From: Eledone cirrhosa | Lineage: Eukaryota | NCBI GenBank assembly: GCA_964016885.1 | Contig: OZ024740.1 | Span: forward strand, 54,746,001 to 54,810,000 | Direction of reading: 5' to 3' | Length of the DNA: 64,000 bases | Part shown: positions 39,991 to 54,989 of the stretch, in pieces | How the letters are laid out: each line of letters begins with the position of its first letter | Numbering within the stretch: the stretch's first letter is position 1 | Made by a program: the position numbers and the translations under genes | The notes under the pieces: model-generated | Databases searched by the model: none | What the model was told of the DNA's origin: nothing | The model's input: the letters and a program-made list of their open reading frames with translations, nothing else

Positions 39991-41559
39991 AAATGAATAA
40001 ATTAATGAAAAGAAAGGACAATTGCTATTCTGCCCAGAGGCCAATCTATCTTGAGCAGCTTAGCCAGATAAAGCTTTTGTCATTCGGTAAGATTATGGCA
40101 GCATCTTTTTGTGCACAACATGATGTTGCTACAATAGTGGGTGCTGATATAACACATGCAACAGTCATGTTATGTCAATATAGTCAGTTATAGCATAATT
40201 AAAATAAGGAAAATGTCAACGGACAGAAGATGTAGAATGTATTAAGTGCTATGAAATATATTCATTCATCAGGTGTAGTAGCTCAGGAAATATGAAGTCT
40301 GTACTGAAAAATACTGCTGTTGTGCTACTGACGATGATTGCTGTTGCTACAGAAATTGCTTTTTCTCATAATATTATGAAATAGAGTTAGATAAAATGAA
40401 TGGTAATTCACTAGGGTGTTAGCTTTACGCGTTTGGGAATAATAATTCAACCGTGTATATATGAGGTATCGTGTTGTATGTATTCCCCTTAGAATATTCA
40501 TGCAACTAGTTGTTGGGATCTAGTTTATGCCCTAAGGACATGACGCATTGTAATGTTTCAATATGTCTGCAATAACAGTTTGAACCCTTCCCTTCGGAGG
40601 TGTTTACTCATTGCGAATTACGCTGCCCTAGGGAAAAACAGTTCCTAGCATGTTTGTATTGTTTGGGAATCATAAACCTGTGTGTAGGATTTAGGCAATA
40701 TTGTATCATTATCATCATCATCATCAGTAGTAGTAGTAGTAACTTTTGTCATCAAATACACCAATTCCACTTCAGGATTTTATTATTTTCCCCTCAAGTT
40801 TTTATTATTTTCCCCTCAAGTAAACTGAAGTTTTTATGTCCAAATAAAATAGTTTATCGTCCATAGACCACCGCTTGCCGTTGAGAACCATAACAATTTT
40901 GAAGCTTTTCTCTTTCATGAGCAAAAGTGCTTTAGGCTTCTTTCTCAGCAACTAACCATTGATTTTAGAATTCTATTCGTCAATAGTTTACACTTTCTAT
41001 TGCATAACCACTATACTTTCACAATGAAACAATAATATTCAAAAGGAAAGAAGTCATGAACACAAAGTCCTTGTTATTACATGATCAATCCTCTGGAAAT
41101 ATACATGCATAGCTACAACACCGAAGGACACTACGGTTACTACAACACCAAGAATGAAATAGGGTACATACAGGTGGTTGTAGAAATTGCTAGAAATAGC
41201 AATAACCTTCGCTACAAATCTCGCACTACTGTATCAAAAAGGGGAAGGTATCATCTGATCCTACATTCATTGGTATATTACCGCTGCCAGCTAAACATAT
41301 AAGTTCATATTTTGAATAATTGTATAGAGAGTTTCTCCCGGTCATTATAAATTCGTTATTTCTCTCTTCATATAAGTAAGTATATATGAAAATATGTATT
41401 GAATCCTCCCTTTCTTAGAATAGAAATGTGGTAATTTCCTAAAACAATTCATGACATATTTGTATGTATGCATGTATCTATGCATGTATGTATAAATGTT
41501 ATCTGTTTCTCTTAATTTCGAGTATATTTTTGCGATCGGCCACCTTCCTGGTGGCAAGG

Positions 41560-41880
41560 TTGTAAAAGAAAAGCAATTGCCATCCCTTGAATCGCAAGAA
41601 TGTTTTGCAAATTTTGAAGGTGCCAGCTATCGCAGCCATTTGTAGACTATGAATTAGGGGGCTGCGCTCTTTGACCACAAATCCAAGTTCAGTCATACTT
41701 GGGTCCAAGTGGGTTGGTATATAACCCGTAGCTCCAATAATGATGGGTATGAAGCTAAAGGTGTATCTTGGATACTGGATTTGTAAACTCCTCATCAATG
41801 GTTCGTAGATGTCCTCCTTCTCCTGTATTTTTCTGACAACGATACGTCAAGTGGGCAGCTTATCTCCACAACAGAACACG
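41560..41880 (-). pseudogene. 3' fragment of an RLE-type non-LTR retrotransposon
   Basis: CSVVEISCPLD...EK..Y...YTFSFIPIIIGATG...GTFKICK; truncated at (TATG)n. Confidence 0.75.
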
Positions 41881-42094
41881 TTTGTATGTATGTATGTATG
41901 TATGTATGTATGTATGTATGTATGTATGTATGTATGCATGTATGTATGTACAAAGAGCGGATGAACTCAGAAGAATCATCGGCCATCAAAAAATGTGTAA
42001 ATATGTATATACACATGTATATGTGTATATGAATGTGCATGTGTATATGCACGGGGACATAGAAATAGTCGGGCTAAGATACACGATCGCGGGA

Positions 42095-42402
42095 TTAAAC
42101 CAATCGGAGTGAAGGAACCCTAGACTTTATCAGGACATTCTTCAAGGAGAAGGCAACTCAGGAAACTGGGATAACTCTGATATAAAACCTGCGGCTCAAT
42201 AGTTACCGATGATGCTGATCTTTTCTTCTTTTGGGGTTATAGCTACTGTCGCTCAGAGAGTGTGATTTGCTCACTGCACAGTCTTTCCTCACTTTAAAAT
42301 AATCTTCACTCACAGGCATTGCACGATAGCATTAATTAATAATTATTAATAATGGTATATCGTGCAATGGCCATACTCGATAACGAGGGGGCAGCCTTCA
42401 TC
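42095..42402 (+). mobile_element. RTE-derived short element (family of 12268-12612)
   Basis: Reverse-complement homology over ~300 bp. Confidence 0.65.
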
Positions 42403-42748
42403 ATGTATGTATGTCTAAATGTAACTGTGTTCATAAATATACACACACGCAAACAAATATATATACATATAGGTAGTGACGAGTTCTTACGCCGTAATTG
42501 ACTAAATAGAATTAGTTTGTTTGTTGGGATTTAAAATAAAAACCTCTGAATGGAAAAAGGATGAATATTGACATACATGGGACACGAGCCAACATCTTTG
42601 TCCAAACGGCCTGAGCTCAGCCGTCGGGGTCCTGAATCGCTTCATATTAGTCACTCTACTACCCCAGGTATCGAGTAATCTGGTGGGCTTTGGTCAATCT
42701 GGCATCTTACCAAACCCTCTCTAATATACATGTATATATATATATATA

Positions 42749-42861
<113 letters not shown>

Positions 42862-42912
42862 GGGTGTGCATGCATATATTCATTATTTATATATATATAA
42901 TGAGTATATGCA

Positions 42913-43035
42913 TGGCGGTAGATTGGCAGAATCGGTAGGGGGTCGAACATGCTTTCCCGCATAGTTACGTCCTTTTAGTACCAGTAATGTACTGCGTAAT
43001 TGCTGGAGCTTTGTGCCAAAAGTAGAAACAATTAT
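42913..43035 (+). mobile_element. Internally deleted SINE
   Basis: 5' tRNA head and 3' tail present, central domain missing. Confidence 0.8.
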
Positions 43036-43852
43036 TTATATATATATAATTATACATTCATTTATACAATGGCCCCCAACAAAATCTGAATGTTTAAGAA
43101 GTTTTCCCGACAACCATATGGTCTTGACTTCTTTGTGACACTTTGTATATGGAGGAAATACACAGATTAAGATATTCATATTTTTTCATTTGTCCAGCGG
43201 CCATTAATTTTCAAATATCCGATGCATTAATATTTCGCTTCATTCCGCATTTGCCATTTCTATTTCCTTCGTACAACATTAAACAAATCTAGAAATCTTC
43301 CAATCCAGACAGCTTATTTATAACTAGAACGTATGTATATAATGATTAGGATAATTGCACGTATTAGAATCAAGAATCACTTTCCAGATTATACTTATAC
43401 AATTTATGTTGTTTCCCAATTAAACACCCTCAAATATAGACTTTGAATTTGGGATACCGATTCTTAGTTTATAGAAAGATGAGATTATAAACGTTTCATG
43501 AGTTTTGTCAGACCTGGTAAAGGATCAAATTACTTTAAAATAGTTGCCGACAGTTGCACATAAGTCAAACTTGGCAGCTTAGGGATTTCAATCTAAATTA
43601 TTTTGAAGCGAAACAATATTTTCATACAAATAGAGAATTATTTGTGAAATAGAGAGTATAATATTTATGCTGTTTCAAACAACAAAAAAATGATATTTAA
43701 AGTTTACTTTAAAATACCCTGATCTCAATATTGAGTTTCACATCCTAATGGTCAGACTACTTGATATTTTATCCCGCAACGATAGTAATTTCCACACTGA
43801 AGGAAGAACTGAAGTTTTATAACCTAATCATTGGAGCATGACTAACCATGGA

Positions 43853-44148
43853 TTAGTAAAAGAAGCGGTCAGACAGCGCCAAACGCCAGCAACCTCAGCA
43901 TTAAATCAGTTGTTCCTATATCTTATTTATTTTTCTTTCCAACTCTGTTTACAGCATTATCAATATATTTACACATCTTAGTAAGAGAAGCGCCCAGAAA
44001 GCACCAAACGCCAGCAATCTCAGCATTATATCGGTTGTTCCTATATCTTATTTATTCTTCTATCCAACTCTATTTACAGCATTATCAATATATTTACACA
44101 TCTTAGTAAAAGAAGCGGTCAGACAGCGCCAAACGCCAGCAACCTCGG
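43853..44148. repeat. ~125-bp tandem repeat, ~2.4 copies
   Basis: ttagtaa(a/g)agaagcg...caaacgccagcaa at ~43853, ~43978 and ~44103. Confidence 0.9.
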
Positions 44149-44999
44149 CACTTGTGTTTTATAAATCTCTTCCTCTCAATTTTTTTCTTTAGAGAATGTC
44201 TTTCTTATAGATATAGTAGATGCAGTAGTCATAAGTTGGGAACGAATTAATTACTTTACAATTTAAATTGAAGCCGCTTGTTGTAATTTCTATTTCAGCT
44301 TAGTCCATTTTAGATTTCCATCTGGCTCTGGTGGTATTTCTGAAATAAAATTCCATGGAAAATTATGCTAACTGATTAAGGAAGTTTGAAAATGATTTGA
44401 CGATCAACATAAGGGGATTTATTAGATATGGAATCGGGCCAATTATAATTGTACCAATATTTAATGTCATAATTTCTTATCGAATTTGAAAGAATATATA
44501 ACGTAGCCCAATCCTTCAAATGAGAAAAAACTAAAATACTAATAACTATGAGTTACTATGTAGTAGTAACATTTATCGTAGTAGTCTAAATATTAATGAC
44601 TACTCACTCACCTAGAAAATTGTCTCCGTTGGATTTTTCCTTGGTGAAGATTCATAAAAGCTTCACCATTAACGTGATTGGCTTTTACGGATTTAGTAGT
44701 AAAAAAGAACTTCCTGCACTGCTCACTATATTAGTGATCGGTAGATTGAAAACTATTCTTAAGTAACTTTCATAAACGAACAAAATATTCTTCTACTATT
44801 GGGTTCCTGTGAATAAAAAGTTTAAGGAAATGAGGATTGAAAAATATCTCCACTGACCTAGGATGAGTAATGTTGAAACCACCATGTGTTAAACTACAAA
44901 ACGAAATAACACAAATGGATTATTTAAGATGCGAGATGGTAGAGAACGTTTTCTTGTTGCTGACGTAAACTAGACAATTAAGAAAGTATTAGAATACTG

Positions 45000-45172
45000 A
45001 TTTAGGTACAAGGCCAAGAATTTGGGAAATGGAAAGACGATTAGATCGACCCCGAAAGGGTGTGAATCAAAGCTAATCTCAGCAGGATTTGAACTCAAGA
45101 CGAACAGGGCCATAATTCCAGGACACTAAGCATGTTGTTCGATGTTCTACCGGTTCTGCCAATCCACTGCCA
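45000..45172 (-). mobile_element. Older SINE copy
   Basis: caaggcca...tcgaccccg...ggatttgaactc...ctgccaatcc. Confidence 0.75.
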
Positions 45173-45587
45173 TCATGTATTAGAATAATACCACAGTTAT
45201 ACCAACGAAACTTTAATTCTCTGTACATTAACTAGTTCAATATATGAAATATAGTACTAGGCTATTATAATTTCTTATTCCCAATTAATATTAGTTCTTT
45301 ATACTCGTATTTTTTGTTTCTTTATTTCTTTGTTGACTTTTTGATGGTAAATAAGTTGTATTTGTATTACTTTAAGCGCAGCGTTTAATGTATGTGTATG
45401 TGTGCTGAATATGCAGGGACATTATTTTATAACGATCTAGTTGCTATAACGAATATCATTTGGTTACTGGCTCTGAAGTAACAAACATACATGGCATAAA
45501 ATATATCATAGACATGAGGACAAGTAACTTTACAGAAACAAATGTTGAAAATAACATCATGCAAGTCCATATATGTTGTATTGTACC

Positions 45588-45638
<51 letters not shown>

Positions 45639-45874
45639 TTATATACAGAAACAGACTAGTTTGTTCCGCATCTTCTTTCAGACATTAATTTATGCCGTAT
45701 CCCAATATTATTCACATTATGAATATTGCTGTGTCGTTTCCATAGTAGAAATAAAAGCTTGTAAAGGGAATTTTTCGTGTATTCTATTGACTACCTATGT
45801 ACCACCCTTTAAGAGTATATATGCATGTGTGTCTATGTGTCTGTGTAAACACACACACACACACACACATATAC

Positions 45875-45907
<33 letters not shown>

Positions 45908-46549
45908 CAGGTTGTTTACTAGAGATGAATCGATTAAAAGCAAGAAATATTACAATATAATAGGATATCATTTCTGACATTGTTAGTGGAATCGAAGTAG
46001 TTTGGTAGGATCGATTAAAACTTATGGATTGAAAACTTTAAAATTTTGGAAACTTCCAGCAGCCTGATAGCACTGCAAAATATTTTATTATGAACGAGAA
46101 GTGCTTTTTTATTATTAAATCTTACAACATCTGGCCTGCTATTTCATTTTTGGGTTTCGCAAAGTTGATACTGAACAGCTTGCAGCTTATAGGCTAATGA
46201 AAGAGGACATTTTGGAAATAATAATAAAAATCACAAATGAATAAAAATGTATTAGCAAGCAAGGCTAGCAACTGATGAAAACAGCTTTTCTGAAAAATTT
46301 TACTTTTCTCTTTTATTTTAGCTTCTTTTCTTATTTTACGTTATATTCTACTATGACCAGCTTTCATATACATGCAATTTCTTTTGCATGTGTTTTGTTT
46401 TATTTGTTTTATTTTGGGTTTAGTTGCGATGATAGAATGACAATTTGTATTTATTTATGGCCAAGAAAATGTGTATGTATATTTATATATGTAGAGGTGT
46501 GTGTGTCTATACACACACAGACACACAGGTATATATATATATATATAGT

Positions 46550-46736
<187 letters not shown>

Positions 46737-47099
46737 CGTAGGACGTGTGGTAAGGAACCAGCTGGACCATAACGCGCCAGAGTACTCAATACTTAGGGTA
46801 GTAGCGTGGGTAATAGGAGACGGCTCGAGCTCTGCTGACGGGGTCTTGAACATTTTTATCAATATATATATAAAGAGAGTCAGTTACTCACATAGAAACA
46901 AAACACTCTTATTCGAATTTAGACAACATCAAATATGTAAATACATATGTCTGCCTGTATGTGTTTGTGTGTGTGTATGTGGCAAGTTTGGGAGTTATTG
47001 TATATATAGTTATTGCCTGTATGTTTTGAGCTATATGAGTACACATGCCTATGTTTCTGTATCTATACATGTATATGTGTATATACCTGTATTAGCTGC

Positions 47100-47760
47100 T
47101 GAAATTCTGAAAAGTTTTACCCATGTTTATTGTTCCAATAATGGACTGTACTTGCAACTTCCAAATTAGCTGTTCTTATTCTGGCTCTGTGAAGACCAGA
47201 TTCTCAAGACTTGTACAGAGATACGTATCGCAGAATCCAAAGAAAGACGTAACAATCTAAAGGTGTAGCTAACTGGGACTATCGGCATATTCCACTTTAG
47301 TTCAGCATAAATATTCTCTTTATCGCTAATCTTTAGTGTTATACTGACATCTGCTAGTTAGGGGATTCCCACAACTGAACGTGCCTTTTTTTTCTCTGTC
47401 TGGTCTCTTATGTTCACATTTTATTGGTATTTTAAGTGGAAAATTCCACTATACATTATTATGTATGCATATGACTTCTACAACTCTGAAACGTATAGTG
47501 CATTTTGTAGTGGTTTGGTCACTATATCATGCCTCGTATGTATATTGTATCTCGATGATATTTTTGTCGGCTGTTTATGATGTGGGTGACATATTCAATG
47601 TTTATTCCACAGCGGCTGCAACTGTTGTTACATCTAGGTGTTTTGCCTGCATCGCTATCTCTTTTGTGCATCAGGTGTTTCCTGTTCTTGAATTACAAAA
47701 ATACATCCTTCTAAGTGAGAGCCAATATAGTTATATCAAAAATCATACTTAGACCAAATC
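47100..47760 (-). pseudogene. Decayed RLE-type retrotransposon 3' end (related to 41560-41880)
   Basis: SHLEG..IQEQE, CSRCG..HII, HKRPD, KISDKENIY, YTF, LQVQSIIGT motifs, broken by stops and frameshifts. Confidence 0.7.
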
Positions 47761-48189
47761 AGGTCTAAGTAAGATTTTCAATTAAAGAAATGACAATTGT
47801 AATTTGACAATATGAGACAAGGTTGGATTAAAATCTATATTTCATAGATTTGAAATCGGTTTCTGGTCGAACGGAGGTTTCCAGGAATCGATCTTAACTG
47901 GAATTTGACAATAAATTTAAAACGAAATATTACATTAGAACAAATTAAGATCTCACTGAAGAATTTTACAAAGATTGGTTAACTCTCACCTAAATAGTCG
48001 AGTTCAGTCTTGAGTGGGTTTGAATTCAGCACTACAAAAATCAAACTTACATTTATAATTATAGATTACAGACCCTCATCAACGCGCTGTGCTACACTTT
48101 TACAAGAGTCTCTATGTAGCCGCTTCCCCAGCTAAATATAACAACTATATCTGTGTTAAATCATACTCAACCGTTCCAAATAAGAAAAC

Positions 48190-48296
<107 letters not shown>

Positions 48297-48977
48297 TGTA
48301 TCATAAATGCGCAAAACATATACTATATTATGGGTCTTTGATCATTGATATACTCGATCATCAAGTCTTATCTCGTAGAAAAAAAAAGAAAGACAGAGGA
48401 AATTATATGTAAGTTAAACGAGACATACTTGGTCTCAGAAACGGTGTGTTTTTATATTTATAATATGAGTTGTTGTATTTATTTCGTTTTTGTATTCTAA
48501 ATAAATTAAAACTCCCAAAAGGAGTGGTTCATGTACTTTAAATATTGTATCAAAACACTCCAATTTTTGTTGAATCCCCTTCACTCACTTTTCCTATCTT
48601 GTTCCTTCTATTTCTCTCATGCTTTACATTTCCTCCACTCCATCTATCACTTACTTTACAAACAAAAGATAAAGAAATGATGATGAGTGGATATAAGAAA
48701 AATTGTATCCAGAATTATATGAAAGACAGAATATGGTTATGAAAGTATAAAATCAAAAATAATTGTTTATTTTAAAGTTCAAATGATACTTCCCAAAGCA
48801 AATACACACGCATACACACGTTGATACACACAGAGACATTCATGTACACACAGAGACACTCACATACCAACGCACACCTACACCCCTCCATATATATATA
48901 TATATATATATATTTATTAAAATAACAGATTAAAGTTTAAGCAAAGAATCGCTGCTTTCACCCTTAACGGGACCTTC

Positions 48978-49020
<43 letters not shown>

Positions 49021-49022
<2 letters not shown>

Positions 49023-49877
49023 AGCTGCATTTATCTTGCTTTATGTTCATACGAGTTATCACCAAGTCACAACCAGTGACCTCAAGAGACAACAAGGTCC
49101 GCCATGTTCAAGAAAGAACATACATACTCACACATGCATCTTTAATGTTTAGACTTGTGATGTACTTATATTGACAGAATCTTCCTTAGTATATGGGCAG
49201 TTCCCATTAGTACTATCTTTTGTATTTCTCCTATACGCGGGTTTCCTGGGTTTTGCGATAAGTAATCATTAGACCCCTTAGGTATCATGCCTAGAGCGCC
49301 TACAACCACTGGTATTGTTTTAGTTCTCAATTTCCACATTTTTCCAATTTCTATCTCCAGGTCCTTATACCTGCTCAATTTTTCAAATGTTTTTATAGAT
49401 ACATTCTTGTCTATTGGAACGGACATATCAATTAGCAGGCATACCCTCTTTTTAAAGTCCTTCAATATTATATCAGGTCTATTTGCATCTATTTTTCGTT
49501 CTGTTTGGATGCTAAAGTTCCACAAGATTGAGATGTGATCTTTTTCATGTATGGGAGGTTGTTGATGCTCCCACCAATTCTTTTGATGGGGCAGGTCAAA
49601 ATGCTTACACATTATCCAATGTATGTATTGTGCAGCTCTGTCATGCCTGTTTAGGTATTCGGTTGGAGCTATAGGACTGCACATTGAAATTATATGGTCA
49701 ATGGTCTCTGGTTGTATTTTACATACACGGCATAATGGGCTGCATCCATTTTTTATTATGTTGGCTTGGTAATTTTTTGTTGGCAGACACTGATCTTGTG
49801 CTGATATAATCAGTCCTTCAGTCTCCGATTTCAGTCCAGAGGATGCCAACCACTGATGGGTTAAAGTTTTGTCAACA
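49021..49877 (-). mobile_element. R4/Dong-like 3' fragment (CCHC + RLE ORF 49166-49849) in (ATT)n
   Basis: ETEGLIISAQDQ, CRVC..ETIDHIISMC, RHD, RPDI..D..KLSRY..PVVVGALG; (ATT)n on both sides. Confidence 0.92.
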
Positions 49878-49878
49878 T

Positions 49879-50008
<130 letters not shown>

Positions 50009-50021
50009 CTGTGTGTTTTAT

Positions 50022-50052
<31 letters not shown>

Positions 50053-50119
50053 GGTAAACGGAATTGAAAAAGAAAACAACACAGTACAAAGGAGAAATAT
50101 ATATATTTAACGCTTGAAA

Positions 50120-50340
50120 TAATGGTTTCTTGTTTAGGCAAAATGCCAGCAATTTTCAGGGAGGGGAAGGTCGATTAATTCCACCCCAGTACTTGACTGG
50201 TACTTTATTTCATCGGCCCCGTAAGGATGAAAGACAACGCTAACCTCGGCGGGATTTAAACTCAAAACTTAAAGGGGCGTCACCCATAAGCCGCAAAGCA
50301 TGTTGTCAGACGCTTTACCAATTCTGCCAATCTACCGTCC
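50120..50340 (-). mobile_element. SINE, related subfamily
   Basis: SINE body with TSD-like taacg(ct/gg)tgaaataat. Confidence 0.82.
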
Positions 50341-51216
50341 TAACGGGTGAAATAATAAGAAAAATGTCTCAATGCTTCGGATACAAATGTATGTATACAT
50401 ATGCATAAATAGAAGGTTATATAATCTGTGTAGATGTGTTCGGTTCATGCCAGTGTTTTCTAAACAAAGAGGTAGAGATAAGAGATAAGGTGAGATGGAT
50501 AAACTAATTTTATCCTAATAATTGGATGGGTAATCACAGTTTATTCGAACTGTTCAACCCACTATATATATATATTTCGTACGCAGAATTCTTTTTGCTA
50601 GTGTTAGATTTATTAATATTGTTGATTATAGTATTTTTCCCTTGATGTGGTTTTAAATTTTGAACACTTTATATTTTTTCCGGAATATGCATATAATAAT
50701 CACAATTCATCGCACTTTTCCAGACAATATCGTACGTTTAAAATGAGTACTACTGATAAGAGCATCCTCGTTTGACAATTCGCATACCTATCTTGAGATG
50801 TATATAACAGTTTAGATATAAAACGCTAGACGTGGCTCAAGAGAAATTGCAAAGGAAATCGACAACTGTATAATAGGTCTGAGCCCCGGCTCAGTGACAT
50901 TGTTACGTTTCTAATATATTTACTGTGTTTATCAAGCATGATGATCCATCACATTGGGCTATTGAATAGTAATGGTGATCAGCCGTTGTCTGTATCTCTC
51001 AATATGTATGAGTGCAAATGATTGTTATTTTGAAACGTTACGTGGGCAATGATGAGTTTTATATATTTCACGCTATAAAATTGAGATGTGATACAGTTGG
51101 AACATATCTCCTTGCAGTTTTAAGATTGTGCCATATATGTAGTGATAAGATTCTAGCTACGAGGTGAGCTGTTGATGTGCATGCTTTAGTACGTTGAACC
51201 ATGATGCATAGGAAGT

Positions 51217-51575
51217 AATAATTGTTTCTACGTTTGGCACAAGGCCAGCAATTACTCAGTTCATTACTGATACTTTATTTTATCGACCCGGTAAGGATGA
51301 AAAGCAAAGTTAACCTAGACGGTTTGAAATCAGACCGTAAAGGGACGTAACTATGCTGGAAAGCATGGCGTCCGACCTTCTAAGTAACACTTGTTTCTAC
51401 TTTTGTCACAAGGCCAGCAATTACCCAGTATATTACTGGTACTTTATTTTATCGACCCGTAAGGATGAAAGGCAAAGTTAACTTTGGCGGGATTTGAACT
51501 CGGAATGACAAGGGCCGTAACTCTATGCGTCAAAGCATGGCGTCCGACCCTCTACCGATACTGCCAATATACCAA
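51217..51575 (-). mobile_element. Two tandem SINE copies
   Basis: Tail motif ttgtttctac...caaggccagcaatt at ~51220 and ~51390. Confidence 0.85.
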
Positions 51576-51769
51576 TGTCCAGAAAAAACGGCTGTCTAAG
51601 TACTAAAATGTGGATTTTCTAAGATTTGGATTATGTTGCTGGCTACATTTATGTTGCTGCCTTACCTAAAAAAAAATAATTCTATCTTTCAGCTTCCTCT
51701 TTAATTTGATGGATAGACCTCACTAAAGCGTGTTCAGTTATTGCTTCTTTGTAATAGGGTGCTACAAAT

Positions 51770-52785
<1,016 letters not shown>

Positions 52786-52802
52786 GCTAGGAGATTTTCC
52801 GT

Positions 52803-52867
<65 letters not shown>

Positions 52868-53751
52868 AAGATACACACGCACACATACGCCCTCACAGCC
52901 ATATATATATATGGGTATGACCGCATATGTATGCGTGTGTGTCTTAGAGAGAGAGTGTGTGTGTGTGAGTGTGTGTGTATAATACTTTGAAAAATATATT
53001 AAATGTTTGCATTTTAGAAAGATGATAGTGGTGTAATTGTAGTGATTCGATCTTTAATGCGATTCGAAATCGTACCGTAAGTTTACATTCCTCAAACTTT
53101 TACCTCAGGACAACGGCACTATTTAACTGCTAAAACAGAGCAACAATATATAATCTTTAGTTGTGTTTGCAGTATTCCAATCGTTTATTAGAATTTTATC
53201 GCGAATGAAATGTGTGACAAATATATTATCAATTGCATCTTATATATATTTTTCTCGTCATTTATTCTCGTAATTCTTTTGGTAAATTTGACTTTCCTTC
53301 TTATGACTTCCCTTTGAATATTTCTTTAACCGCAGATTTAAAATTTTCCCGAACTAGTGCTAAGATAAATATCAGACACTCTTGTACACATTTAGACGAA
53401 AATCCTTACCGGATTAAATGCATAGAAGATAACGAAGGTAAAATAATCGTGCTTCCCCTGCCTACACATGATGAAAAAACTAATTCTAACATCCAAAAGC
53501 ATTAAGTATGAAAAGACTTTGATACTTCAATAAATCCAGAGGCAATACTGGCAAAAAAGCTTTGCCAGCATTGGATCTGCCAAGAAGAATACTCGATAAA
53601 ACTACGATTGAAACGAAGATAATATCCCAACATGCTCACTCATACATACGCAAATAACTGATAATTTGTACATCACAGACATATATATATATATGTATAT
53701 CTAAATATATATATATAATATATATATGTATATATATATATACATACATAC

Positions 53752-53861
<110 letters not shown>

Positions 53862-54026
53862 CAAGGAAACTATAAAACAGAGATACGAAAAGTCGTATTC
53901 GTTTCAAACTTTATATGCAAAAGGGGAAACAGATTTCAACGTGTTTGGCTTTAGCCCTTCTTCAGAGGTACAAAAAAATAGAGACAAGATCACAAAGGAC
54001 AATAAAAGGTAGTCCGTATTAAATAA

Positions 54027-54522
54027 AAACTAAAATAATTGTTTCTACTTTTGGCACAAGGCCAGCAATTACCCAGTGCATTACTGGTACTTTATTTTAT
54101 CGACCCCATAAGGATGAAAGGCAAAGTCAACCTCGGCGGGATTTGAACTCAGATCGTTAAAACTAAAATAATTGTTTCCACTTTTGACACAAGGCCAGCA
54201 ATTACCAGTACATTACTGGTACTTTATTTTATCGACCCCGTAAGGATGAAAGGTAAAGTTAACCTCGGCGGGATTTGAACTCAGAATGGCAAGGGACGTT
54301 ACTCTATGCGTCAAATCACGTAACTCTATGCGTCAAATCCGACCCTCTACCGATACTGCCAATCCACCGCCCTAAAAACTAAAATAATTGTTTCTACTTT
54401 AGGCACAAGGCCAGCAATTACCCAGTGCATTACTGGTACTTTATTTTATCGACCCCGTAAGGATGAAAGGCAAAGTCAACCTCTGCCTTTCATCCTTACG
54501 GGGTCGATAAAAACTAAAATAA
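54027..54522 (-). mobile_element. Array of three SINE copies separated by the repeated target sequence aaaactaaaataatt; last copy folds back
   Basis: aaaactaaaataatt at ~54027, ~54159, ~54376 and ~54509; hairpin ttttatcgaccccgtaaggatgaaaggca...tgcctttcatccttacggggtcgataaaa. Confidence 0.9.
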
Positions 54523-54989
54523 TTAGAGTAAACAAGACAAACCTTTAGGTAGATTTGGTAACGTAAATTGGAACAATAAACTAAATGTGTGCGCATTAGT
54601 CTCGATATTATGTGTGAGTGTAGGTGCATGTATAAACGTGCGTGTGTGTTTTTTTTAGTTTATTGTGTAAAGTATCAAAGTGTGTGTGTTTATGCGTGCA
54701 TCCGTTTGGCGTACGGTTGTGGATTTGTATGTGTGCGTGAATGTAAGTTTGAATATGTGTACTCAATATGTGCGTTGTTTATTTTTTTGTGTGTAAAGTA
54801 TCTGGCAGTGTGAAGTATGAGCATGGGATGTGTGAGTGTATGGCTACATTTGATCGTGTGTATGCATGTTGATTTTTTTGTGTACATGTAAAGTATCTAA
54901 CTGTGATTTATATCTAAGTGCGTTTGTACGTTTTAAAGATTTTGTATGTTTAGTGCGTGTTTGAGAGTATATGGCAGAACAGCTTCTAG

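Noticed and set aside
43853-44148. Regular repeats as a CRISPR-like array
   Set aside because: Whole units repeat with no unique spacers, the context is eukaryotic, and there are no cas genes.
47100-47330. Resemblance to a UDP-glucuronosyltransferase segment (SFFG...LIWK)
   Set aside because: The surrounding motifs (QEQE, CxxC, RPD, KENIY, YTF) show it is a decayed RLE retrotransposon.
53400-53640. Signal-peptide-like frame on the minus strand (IIFVSIVVLSSILLGRSNA)
   Set aside because: No in-frame start, multiple stops and no recognisable family.
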